Shown one piece after another: positions 38,580 through 50,724 of a DNA stretch of 64,000 bases. Under the pieces are notes generated by a model, which ran no database searches, was not told the origin of the DNA, and saw only the letters and a list, made by a program, of their open reading frames with translations. Within the stretch, counting starts at the first letter, position 1, and each line of letters opens with the position of its first letter. The DNA is from Malacoraja senta (lineage: Eukaryota), in the NCBI GenBank assembly GCA_038087875.1, contig CM075993.1:11162001-11226000 (forward strand). Reading direction: 5' to 3'. Both the position numbers and the translations under genes were made by a program.

Positions 38580-38925
38580 AGGGCCTGTCCCACTGTACGA
38601 GGTAAATCAAGAGTTCTCCCGAGTTTTCCCCTGATTCGAACTCGGAGAATGTCCATAGCGGGTCTGTAGGAGTTCGTGGATGTCCCGTAGCGGCTCGTAC
38701 GAGTAAAAAGTAAAAAAAAATGTCATCACGAGTATTTTTTTACTCGTGGACATTTTTCACAGTGTTGAAAAAACGTCACGAGTTTACCGGATTTCCCGAG
38801 TACGTACCGTTACTCGTACGAGCCGCTACGGCACATCTACGAACTCCTACGGACATTCTCCGAGTTCGAATCAGGGGAAAACGCGGGAGAACTCTTGAAT
38901 TACCTCGTACAGTGGGACAGGCCCT
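38580..38925. mobile_element. PIF/Harbinger-type MITE (346 bp, near-palindromic)
   Basis: TIR AGGGCCTGTCCCACT extending as ~120-bp inverted arms; TTA TSD at 38577-38579 and 38926-38928; interrupts a Rex1/Babar fragment. Confidence 0.9.
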
Positions 38926-39169
38926 TTAGGATATTCAAAAAACTCAAGAAGAAAGGAGACTGCAAAATGTGGTGGACATTGCCGGTCCACGCGGGTACTG
39001 ACCTCCTCACCATCGAGGGAATCTACAGGAAGCACAGCTTTAAGAAGGCAATCAATATCATCAAAGACCCACAGCAGCCTGGCCATACGCTCATCTGACA
39101 GCTGCCATCGGGAAGAAGATTCAGGAGCCTGAGAACCGTGATCTCCAGGTTCGAGAACAGCTCCATCCC

Positions 39170-39632
39170 AGACCTCAAGAAATTGCAGCGAATTGTGGAC
39201 GCAGCCCAGACCATCACACAAACCAACCTCCCTTCCATTGGCTTCACGCTGCCTCGGCAAGGCCAGCAGCATAACCAAGAACAAGTTGCACCCTGGTCCC
39301 TCCCTCTACTCCCCTCTCCCATCGAGCAAAGGGCACAGAAGTGTGAAAATTCACACCTCCAGATTCAGGGACAATTTCTTCCCAGCTGTTATCAGGCAAC
39401 TGAATCATCCTATCACCAAATAGAGAGCGGTCCTGAGGTCCAATCAACCTCATTGGGGACCCTCGGACAATTTTTAATCGGACTTTATCTTGCACTAAAT
39501 GTTATTCCCTTTATCATGTACTATTACACTGTGGACGGCATGATTGTAATCTTCTAATCATGTCTAGTCTTTCCACTGACTGGTTAGCACGCAACAAATA
39601 AGCTTTTCCCTGTACCTCAGTACACGTGACAA
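39170..39632 (+). mobile_element. Rex1/Babar LINE 3' fragment
   Basis: DLKKLQRIVDAAQTITQTNLPSI...RCLGKASSI...TSRFRDNFFPAVIRQLN. Confidence 0.8.
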
Positions 39633-39694
39633 GTGTACAGTGAAACCTTCCCAGCAACCTTCAGTCTCTTGAATCGCCCAGCTCAACACGAAAT

Positions 39695-40600
39695 GTGGCA
39701 CGGTGGCGCAGCGGTAGAGTTGCTGCCCCACAGCGCCAGAGACCCGGCTTCGATCCTGACTACGGCAGCTGTGTGTACGGAGTTTGTACGTTCTCCCCGT
39801 GACCTGCGTGGGTTTTCTCCGGGTGCTCCGGTTTCCTCCTACACTCCAAAGACGTGCAGGTTTGTGTGTTAATTGGCTTGGTGGAATTGTAAATTGTCCC
39901 TAGTGTGTGTAGGATAGTGTTAGTGTGCGAGGATCTCTAGACGGTGCAGACTCGGTGGGCCGAAGGGGCTGTTCCTGTGCTGTCGATGCAGTGGGAATGG
40001 CAGTAGAGTGAGGATTCCCTTCTTTGTAAGAGACAGTATGTAATGGAGGGAGAGGATGCTGGATAAATTTAGTGCTCCAGCGGGAGTGTTGGAGTGGTTT
40101 CTTAAAATTATTTTCTTTTATTTTAGTTTTAGTTTATAGGGCAGCACAGTGACGCAGCGGTAGAGTTTTTTTAATTTTTTTTAATTTTTTTTTTTAAATT
40201 ATTATTATTATTATTTATTTATTTATTAATTTTTAAAAAAGTTTATAGGGCAGCACAGACGCAGCGGTAGAGTTTTGTATTAGTTTAGTTTAGTCTAGTT
40301 TAGTTTGGAGATACAGCATGGAAATGGGCCCTTCGGCCCACTGAGTCCACACTGACCAGCGATCCCCGCACATTAACACCATCCTACACACACTAAGGAC
40401 AATTTACACATACACCAGGCCAATTAACCTACAAACATGTACGTCTTTGGAGTGTGGGAGGAAACCGAAGATCTCGGAGAAAACCCACGCAGGTCATAGG
40501 GAGGGCGTACAAACTCCATACAGACAGCACCCGCAGTCAGGATCGAACCTGGGTCTCTGGCGCTGTAAGGCAGCAACTCTATCGCTGCGCCACTGTGCCA
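39695..40600. mobile_element. Convergent HE1 SINEs (+ 39695-39985, - 40280-40600)
   Basis: HE1 motifs on both strands. Confidence 0.8.
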
Positions 40601-40604
40601 CACA

Positions 40605-40860
40605 CGACCCCCCTCGGTGCCCAGCGGTCCTAGAACCCCTCTATGGTGTTCGCAGACACCACGTGATCTTTTTCAAGGGACACCCGGGCGCGGACGTAGC
40701 CCCGGAAAGTCGGCTCGGGAAGAGCCCTCGTCTGCCTGGTGGCGTGACTCATGGATAGCCGGCTTGGCCAGGCCCAGGAGCAACCCGATCTAGGACATCG
40801 CCAGCCCTACCCTCTCACCTACGCACACGTTGTCCAAAGATGAGGATCCCACCCTTCTTG
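40605..40860 (-). mobile_element. Tx1-like (L1 clade) ORF2 C-terminal fragment
   Basis: Minus strand encodes FRGYVRARVSLEKDHVVSANTIEGF*DRWAP, preceded by LLLGLAKPAIHESR-like codons. Confidence 0.65.
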
Positions 40861-42017
40861 GGGAGTAGGCAAAGGTCCCTTTCCTCCATCGAACCTCACC
40901 ACGAAAACACGTTACCTGCTCATTATAATGTTGCTGAGTCTGGGATCTCACTGTGCTTAATTTGTGTTGCCAGAACCACAGGAGCACGTCACTGCCTGTC
41001 AGAGAATGGACAGTCTGGTTTAGTTTAGTTTAGCATGGAATCAGTTCCTTCAGCCCACCCAGTCCCTGCCCACCATCGATCACCCGCTCACACTAGTTCT
41101 GTTATATCCCACTTTCTCATCTACTCCTGACACACTAGGGGGCAATTTACAGAGGGCCAAATAACCCCGCACGTCTTTGGGATGTGGGAGGAAACCAGAG
41201 CACCCAGAGGAAACACATGCAGTCCCAGGGAGAACATGCAAACTCCGCACAGGCAGCAATCCCCTTGAGGTCAGGATAGAACCCGGGTCCCTGGAACTGT
41301 GAGGCAGCAACTCTACCAGCTGAGCCACTATGCACAGTGCCACCATAGAGTTATACAGGCCCTTCGGCCCAACTCACCCAAGATACACCGGTCCCATTTG
41401 GCCCATATCTCCCTCAACCCTTCCTATCCATGTACCTATCCAAGTGCCTTTTAAATGCTTTTATAGAATCTGCCTCAACTACCTCCTCTGGCAGCTTGTT
41501 CCATATACCTATGTGAAAAATGTGCCCCTCAGGTTCCTATTAAATCTTGCCCCTCTCACCTCAAACCTATGGTTCTTGATTACTTTGGGTAAAATACTGT
41601 GCAATCACCCAATCTGTGTGAAAACGCACACCTCCAGATTCAGGGACAGTTTCTTCCCAGCTGTTATCAGACAACTGAACCATCCTACCACAACCAGAGA
41701 GCAGCGCTGAACTACTATCTACCTCATTGGAGACCCTCGGACTATCCTTGACCGGACTTTACCTTGCACTAAATGTTATTCCCTTATCGTGTATCTATAC
41801 ACTGTGAATGGCTAATTGTAATCATGTATTGTCTTTCCGCTGACTGGTGAGCACGCAACAAAAGCTTTTCACTGTACCTCGGTACATGTGACAATGAACT
41901 AAACTGATTAAACATTATCTATTCTTTTGAGGATCTTACACACCTCTCTAAGATCACCCCTCAGCTTCCAGTGCCCCAAGGAGTGAAGTCCTAGCTTGCC
42001 CAACCTCTCCCTAAAAG

Positions 42018-42730
42018 TGCGGCACGGTGGCGCAGCGGTAGAGTTGCTGCCTTACAGGGCTTGCAGTGCCAGGGTTCGATCCCGACAACGGGTGCTGTCT
42101 GTCCGGAGTTTGTAGGTTCTTCCCGTGGGTTTTCTCCGGGTGCTCCGGTTTCCTCCCAGACGTACAGCTTTGTAGGTTACTTGGCTTGGTATAAATGTAA
42201 ATTGTCCCTGGTCCCTGTACACTCTGGGGTTTAGAAGGATGAGAGGGGATCTCATTGAGACATATAAGATTGTTAAGGGCTTGGACACGCGAGAGGCAGG
42301 AAACATGTTCCCGATGTTGGGGGAGTCCAGAACCGGGGGCCACACACAGTTTAAGAATAAGGGGTAAGCCATTTAGAACGGAGACGAGGAAACACTTTTT
42401 CTCACAGAGAGTTGTGAGTCTGTGGAATTCTCTGCCGCAGAGGGCGGTGGAGGCCGGTTCTCTGGATACTTTCAAGAGAGAGCTAGATAGGGGTCTTAAA
42501 AATAGCGGTGTCAGGGGATATGGGGAGAAGGCAGGAACGGGGTACTGATTGGGGATGATCAGCCATGATCACATTGAATGGCGGTGCTGGCTTGAAGGGC
42601 CGAATGGCCTACTCCTGCACCTATTGTCTATTGTCGATAGTGTAGTGTAGGTTAATGTGTGGGGGTCACTGGTCGGCACGGCCTCGGTGGGCTGAAGGGC
42701 CTGTTTCCGCGCTGTATCTCTAAACTAAAC
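42018..42730 (+). mobile_element. HE1 SINE interrupted by a CR1 3' fragment (~42213-42635)
   Basis: HE1 head and tail flank the CR1 C-terminal ORF 42255-42548. Confidence 0.85.
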
Positions 42731-43114
42731 TAGACAATAGCTCAGGCCCTCGGGTCCCGGCAGCGTGGGTGATCGAGGCTGGTACGGAGAGAGTTCGTCT
42801 CCAGAGCTGAAGGAAGCATCAAGTGCAGCCATGATGTGGATGAGTTATAGTCAGATTGCACCTCAGCATACTCTGGAAGGACATTGTGGCAACTTATCCC
42901 AGGCATTTAGTACACTCAACAAACCTTATAAAATTAAACAAGCGGAAAAAAAGCAAAGTAGCTTTTTTTGCACCTAATTGAAGAATTGGGTCCATGGGAA
43001 TGTGATTTGGCACAAGATAAATTAGGTGTTCAAACGGTTCCTGAAGTGTTAAAAGCCACAGTAATTAATGGCGTTGTGGTGGGAGAGAGGAGACACTAGC
43101 AGCGGCAAAGTGCT

Positions 43115-43955
<841 letters not shown>

Positions 43956-44009
43956 CAAGGGATGGCTAGGACTAAGACTGAGAAAGTCAGGAACAGGGAG
44001 TTCCGAACC

Positions 44010-44420
44010 AAGCATCTTCCTCCCCCACCGAGCCTTGGCGTTGGCTGCACTGAGCTTCAGTGCGTCCCTCAGCATGTACTCCTGCAGTCTGCAGCGGGCC
44101 AGTCGGCAACATTCCCTGATGGACATGTTGCTCCGCTGGGAGGTCAACAGCGCTTGGGCCAACCAAAGAGGGTCTTTCACCAAGTTGATGACCTTCCAGC
44201 AGCACTCGATGTCATTCTCTGAATGTGTCCCTGGGAACAGTCCGTAAATCACAGAGTCCTCTGTGACGGAGCTGTTTGGGATGAACCCTGACAGGGGCCC
44301 TGCATCATTCTCCAGATCCTCTTCGCAAATCCACACTCGGAGAAGAGGTGGGCAACCGTCTCCTCTCCATAGCAGCTGTCCCGATGGCAGTGTGCATGGG
44401 GAGCAAGGCTCTGTGGTGGA
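44010..44420 (-). mobile_element. Tx1-like (L1 clade) ORF2 C-terminus with zinc-knuckle
   Basis: C..DSCYGEETVAHLFSECGFAKRIW and IYGLFPGTH...CWKVINLVKDPLW...RDALKLSAANAKARWG in two frames. Confidence 0.75.
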
Positions 44421-44511
44421 GGACCACAGTATATGGTCCCTCGTTGCGGGACATTGAAGGGCACAGTCCAGTAGGGTCACCCCTCAAACAAGGGAAGGGA
44501 TATCACCCTTT

Positions 44512-45110
44512 AGCACGGTGGCGCAGCTGTAGAGTTGCTGCCTTACAGCGCCAGAGACCCAGTTCGATCCAAACTTCGGGTGCTGTCTGTACGGAGTTTG
44601 TACGTTCTCCCCGGGACCACATGGGTTTTCTCCGGGTGCTCCGGTTTCCTCCCACACTCCAAAGACGTGCCGGTTTGTAGGTTAATTGGCTGCGGTAAAT
44701 TTGTAAATTCTCTCTAGTGTGTGTAGGGTAGAGTTAGTGTGCGGGGATCGCTGGCCGGTGCGGACTCGGTGGGCCGAAGGGCCTGTTTCCGTGCTGTATC
44801 TCTAACCTAAACTAAACCACATGAGTGGCAAAGGTGCGAACACTATTGGGTAATTAACAGGCCCTTCGGCCCACCGGGTCCACACCGACCAGCGATCCCC
44901 GCACATTAACGCTATCCTACACACACTAGGGATAATTTACATTTACACCAAGCCAGTTAACCTACAAACCTGTACGTCTTTGGAGTGCGGGAGGAAACTG
45001 ACGATCCCGGGGAAAACCCACACAGGTCACGGGGGGAACGTACAAACTCCGCACAGACAGCACCCGTAGTAAGGATCGACCCGGGTCTCCGGCGCTATCA
45101 CTGCGCCACT
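44512..45110. mobile_element. Tail-to-tail inverted HE1 SINE pair (+ 44512-44818, - 44855-45110)
   Basis: Two similar copies separated by ~40 nt. Confidence 0.85.
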
Positions 45111-45221
45111 GGGCCACAGACTTGGTATTGTATATAGTTTTGGAGATACAACGCAGAAACAGGCTCTTCGCCCCACTGAGTCCGACAGCAGAACAGTGAT
45201 CGCATTTATTTTTGAAACAAT

Positions 45222-46302
45222 ATGGCCCATGTCCCGCTAAACCTTTGAGTTTGAGTTCAGTTTGACAATAGACAATAGACAATAGACAATAGACAATAGG
45301 TGCAGGAGTAGGCCATTCGGCCCTTCGAGCCAGCACCGCCATTCAATGTGATCATGGCTGATCATCCCCAATCAGTACCCCGTTCCTGCCTTCTCCCCAT
45401 ATCCCCTGACTCCGCTATTTTTAAGAGCCCTATCTAGCTCTCTCTTGAAAGCATCCAGAGAACCCGCCTCCACCGCCCTCTGAGGCAGAGAATTCCACAG
45501 ACTCACAACTCTGTGAGAAAAAGTGTTTCCTCGTCTCCGTTCTAAATGGCTTACTCCTTATTCTTAAACTGTGGCCCCTGGTTCTGGACTCCCCCAACAT
45601 CGGGAACATGTTTCCTGCCTCTAGCATGTCCAAGCCCTTAACAATCTTATATGTTTCAATGAGAATTCCCTCTCATCCTTCTAAAATCCAGAGTTTACAA
45701 GCCCAGCTTCTCCATTCTCTCAGCATATGACAGTCCCGCCATCCCAGGAATTAACCTTGTAAACCTACGCTGCACTCCCTCAATAGCAAGAATGTCCTTC
45801 CTCAAATTAGGGGACCAAAACTGCATACAATATTCCAGGTGTGGTCTCACTAGGGCTCTGTACAACTGCAGAAGGACCTCTTTGCTCCTATATTCGATTC
45901 CTCTTGTTATAAAGGCCAACATGCCATTCGCTTTCTTAACTGCCTGCTGTACCTGCATGCTTACTTTCATAGACTGATATACAAGGACCCCCAGATCCCG
46001 TTGTACTTCCCCTTTTCCCAACTTGACGCCATTTAGATAGTAATCTGCCTTCCTGTTTTTGCTACCAAAGTGGATAACCTCACATTTATCCGCATTAAAC
46101 TTCATCTGCCATGCATCTGCCCACTCCCCCAACCTGTCCAAGTCACCCTGCATTCTCATAGCATCCTCCTCACAGTTCACACTGACACCCAGCTTTGTGT
46201 CATCCCTTCATGTTACTTTGAATCCCTTCATCCAAATCATTGATGTATATTGTAAATAGCTGCGGTCCCAGCACCGAGCCTTGCGGTACCCCACTAGTCA
46301 CA
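45222..46302 (-). mobile_element. CR1 LINE (RT C-terminus to tail) with an extra 41-nt 3' flank
   Basis: [55 protein letters not shown] aaacaat at 45215-45221 and 46303-46309. Confidence 0.9.
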
Positions 46303-46459
46303 AAACAATCTGCCCTCTCAGGTGGAATGATTGCATGTCGGCTGGCCTGCTGGACCATTTCCTCATTGTCGGTCGGTAGCTCGGGAGACCACAACTCTCA
46401 GTGGGATATCTCACTGCAGAGGGCCCAACGACATCAGTCAATCTTGAGATTATCATGTA

Positions 46460-46642
46460 CAGGAAGGTACTGCAGATGCTGGTTTAAACCGAAGATAGAC
46501 GCAAAAAGCTGGAGTAACTCGGCGGGACAGGCAGCATCTCTGGAGAGAAGGAATCGGGCCTGAAGAAAGGTCCTGACCAAAAACGTCACCCATTCCTTTT
46601 CTCCAGAGATGCTGCCTGTCCCGCTGAGTTACTCCAGCTTTG
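46460..46642. mobile_element. Fold-back Penelope terminal-repeat unit
   Basis: aagctggagtaactcggcgggacaggcagcatctctggaga is followed by its reverse complement, around a decayed hammerhead core. Confidence 0.75.
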
Positions 46643-47416
46643 TGCCGTTGGTCTTCGTCAGATGATCATCTCTGATTCCGATACAGGCCCAGTATGTCCC
46701 CTGCTGTATTGTCACCAGCTTCCCAAAATGGAAGAGTGGAATCTAAACAAATATCGGCCACAGCACATTCTAGAGGGCTAAATGGCAAAGATAAGATGCT
46801 GTCAATATTTAATGAGATTTGGAAAGGCTTCAATCATGTGTTCAGCTCTCCTGGTCCCGATACTTTAATGAAGGAGGAACTATATAAATCTGAGCAATGG
46901 TGTACAGACAAGCTCACTGTAGTTCCCTGTTGTTAGGCTACACGCCAGTTTGTTTCTTCTGGTGTGTGACCAAGGTGGAATTAGTTAAATGTCAGCTGGA
47001 AACGCTGGTTGAAATATGTAAAACATTACACGCGTACCATTAGAGCCAAATGCTCAGGCTAAGAGCCAGCATGATGCCAATTAACATGGAGCCAGCTTCA
47101 CCTAACACCCTGCAGCCACTGATTAAAGTGCAACGTCGCACTGTCATTTAGCCCACGCCAAACCCTGTCACTCACCACACATATGCAGCGCTTTCATTAA
47201 CCCCGGCCTAAACTAACGGCGCATTTATCAGCGGCCTGTCGCCCTGTGTTATCTTTACAAATGAGGCCAGGCTCGGCAAGTTTCAGTGGCTGGGACGGGA
47301 TGATGAGGGAGTTTCACAGCCACGGAGAACAGTCAAACAGATTTTTTAAAAACCAGCGAAGATAGGCACAAAAAGCTGGCATAACTCAGCGGGACAGGCA
47401 GCATCTCTGGAGAAGA

Positions 47417-47627
47417 CAATAGACAATAGGTGCAGGAGTAGGCCATTCGGCCCTTCGAGCCAGCACCGCCATTCAATGTGATCATGGCTGATCATCCCCA
47501 ATCAGTACCCCGTTCCTGCCTTCTCCCCATATCCCCTGACTCCGCTATTTTTAAGAGCCCTATCTAGCTCTCTCTTGAAAGCATCCAGAGAACATGCCTC
47601 CACCGCCCTCTGAGGCAGAGAATTCCA
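47417..47627 (-). mobile_element. Short CR1 3' end inserted in a Penelope terminal repeat
   Basis: Flanked by an 18-nt duplication cagcatctctggagaaga at 47399-47416 and 47628-47645. Confidence 0.85.
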
Positions 47628-48399
47628 CAGCATCTCTGGAGAAGAGGAATGGGTGATGTTACGGGTCGAGACCCTTCTTCTTGCCCTGAAACATCATCCA
47701 TTCCTCCTCTCCAGAGATGCTGCCCGTTCACTCCAGCTTTTGTGTCTATCTTCGGTTTAAATCAGCATCTGTAGTTCTTTCCTACATAGTTAAAAACAGC
47801 GTTTGGGTCAGTTTAAAACACCTCCTGACCAACCACTTACCTCTTTGGAGACCCTCGGACCACCCCGATCAGACTTTGCTGGCTTTACCTTGCACTAAAC
47901 GTTATTCCCTTATCGTATCAAAACACTGTGGATGGCTCGATTTTAATCATGTATTGTCTTCCTCAATGTAACACTGTTGATGTATTCAAGTGAGAGTTTT
48001 AGCTCTTAGGGCTAACGGAATCAAGGGATATGGGGAGAAAGCAGGAACGGGGGTACTGATTTTGGATGATCAGCCATGATCATATTGAATGGTTGTGCCG
48101 GCTCGAAGGGCTGAATGGCCCACTCCTGTACCTCGTGTCTATGTTTCTATGTTTCCGCTGACTGGTTAACACACAACAAAAGCTCTTTCACTGTACCTCG
48201 GTACACAAGACTGAAACTGAACCTGAACCTCTGTGTGGAGTTTGCAAGGAACGGTTGTACCGTGGAAGATGAGGGAAGGCTTTATAGTCCAGGGTGGACA
48301 AGAGGGATGAGGAGCAGAGAGATATGAAGATATCGCTGTGACAGAATGGGTTAACACAGCAGGTACAAAACAAATAGGATTCTGTGCTTTTAAAATAAA

Positions 48400-49213
48400 G
48401 GCACGGTGGCGCAACAGTAGTCACTGCCTTACAGCGCTTACAGCTCTGGAGACCCAGGTTCGATCCTGACTACAGGTGCTGTCTGTATGGAGTCTGCACA
48501 ACCGAACTCTGAGATCTTCGGTTTCCACTCACACTCCAAAGACCTACAGGTTTGAAGGTTAATTGGCTTGCTGTAAATGTAAATTGTCCCCAGTGTGTGT
48601 GTGGGATAGTGTTAGTGTGCAGGGATCGCTGGTCTGCACGAACTCTTCTTGCTATTGAGGGAGTGCAGCGTAGGTTTACAAGGTTAATTCCCGGGATGGC
48701 GGGACTGTCATATGCTGAGAGAATGGAGCAGCTGGGCTTGTACACTCTGGAGTTTAGAAGGATGAGAGGGGATCTCATTGAAACATATATGATTGTTAAG
48801 GGCTTGGACACACTAGAGGCAGGAAACATGTTCCTGATGTTGGGGGAGTCCAGAACCTGGGACCACAATTTAAGAATAAGGAGTAAGCCATTTAGAATGG
48901 AGACGAGGAAACACTTTTTCTCACAGAGAGTGGTGAGTCTGTGGAATTCTCTGCCTCAGAGGGTAGTGGAGGCAGTTTCTCTGGATACTTTCAAGAGAGA
49001 GCTAGATAGGGCTCTTAAAGATAGCGGAGTCAGGGGATATGGGGAGAAAGCAGGAACGGGGTACTGATTGGGGATGATCAGCCATGATCACATTGAATGG
49101 CGGTGCTGGCTCGAAGGGCCGAATGGCCTACTCCTGCCCCTATTGTCTATTGTCTATTGTCCAACTCAGTGGGCGGAAGGGCCTGTTTTCAGCACTGTAC
49201 TAAACTAAACTAA
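48400..49213 (+). mobile_element. HE1 SINE interrupted by a CR1 3' fragment (~48646-49162)
   Basis: ORF 48552-49067 CR1 C-terminus; aactc duplicated on both sides. Confidence 0.85.
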
Positions 49214-49971
49214 AGCCAGCGAGATCGTAATGAAAAGCAGCGTTCAGCTGGAGTATGTGTCTGTCTGTAGACATTATGCTTCAGGGAGGCCGCTGGAGGC
49301 GGTTCACTGCCCTGACGGTAGGGTGCTGGACACTGAGAGGCTGTGGAGAGGCAGGGGAAGCTGAGAACAGCCAGCTCACAGCGGAGGAGGCTAATGGAGA
49401 TTTTATAGCAGTGTTTTACAAAGCAAATAAGGCGAAAGCGTTTCCGCTGGCAGGGGGTGGGTCACTAACCGGAGGTTCAGGGTAATTGGTGGAAGGGACA
49501 GCGGGATTGCTCTTTGTGTCAAGTTAGTGTGATCGGGAACGCGCGGTGTGGCTAGTGAGACAAGCATGGTGAGGGGACCTCGTCGAAACTTAAGATTGAA
49601 AGTGATTTAGAGCCACAGGCATACAGCACGCGAACAGGCCCTTCGGCCCACAGTGTCCATGCTGGACACACGGCCAGCTTAAACAATTCTCCCCAGCCTG
49701 CAGGTGATCCATGTACCTCCATTCCCTTCATATCCATGCGCCTATCTGAAAGCTTCCATCACATCTGCCTTCACCAGTCACCCGGCAGTGTGCTCCAGGC
49801 ACCCCCCACTGTGTCTCTGTGTCTCTGTGTCTGCCCCTCTCACCATAAAGAATTGCCCTCTTGCCTTTGCCATTTCCATCCTCTGCTTAAGGTTCTGCGT
49901 GATGTGATGTAGATTCCCTCTAAATGCTGCCCTGTTCTCTGTTAATGACAGACACACCTTCAGGAGCTGTC

Positions 49972-50280
49972 GATCAGCACCATGGACAGCTCCTTGTCGA
50001 TCAGCACCATAGACAGCACCTTGTAGATTAGCACCATGGACAGCTCCTTGTCGATCAGCACCCTATATAATCTATGATCAGCACCATGGACAGCTCCTTG
50101 TCGATCAGCACCATGGACAGCTCCTTGTCGATCAGCACCCTATATAATCTTTGATCAGCACCACGGAGAGCTCCTCGTCGATCAGCTCCATGGACAGCTC
50201 CTTGTCGATCAGCACCCTATATAATCTTTGATCAGCACCACGGAGAGCTCCTCGTCGATCAGCACCATGGACAGCACCTT
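49972..50280. repeat. Minisatellite with constant gatcagcacc and 27/23-nt unit variants
   Basis: gatcagcaccatggacagctccttgtc alternates with gatcagcaccctatataatcttt; a 77-nt higher-order block is repeated. Confidence 0.92.
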
Positions 50281-50724
50281 GGCTGAGTTGATATTAATTT
50301 AGTGTCAGACGGTGGCGCAGCGGTAGAGTTGCTGCCTACAGCGCTTGCAGCGCCGGACACCCTGGTTCGATCCCGACTAGCGGTGCTGTCTGTCCAGAGT
50401 TTGCGCGTTCTTCCCGTGCCCGGTTTCCTCCCACACTCCAAAGACGTACAGGTTTGTAGGTAAATTGGCTTGGTGGTAATATGCGGGGATCACTGGTCGG
50501 CACGGACCCGGTGGGCCGAAGGGCCTGTTCCCGCGCTGTGTATCTAAACTAAATTAAATTAAAGATTGACACAAAATGCTGGATGTATAACACAGGCGGC
50601 ATCTCTGGAGAGAAGGAATGGGTGACGCTTCGGGCCTGAAGAAGGGTCTTGACGAAGACCCTTGACGAAGACCCTTCTTCACTGACTTCAGTCTAAGTTC
50701 TCATCTTCTGAAGTAGGACTCATG

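Noticed and set aside
49972..50280. CRISPR-like constant repeat with variable spacers
   Set aside because: The spacers are themselves repeated, the constant part is only 10 nt, there are no cas genes and the context is vertebrate; it is a minisatellite.
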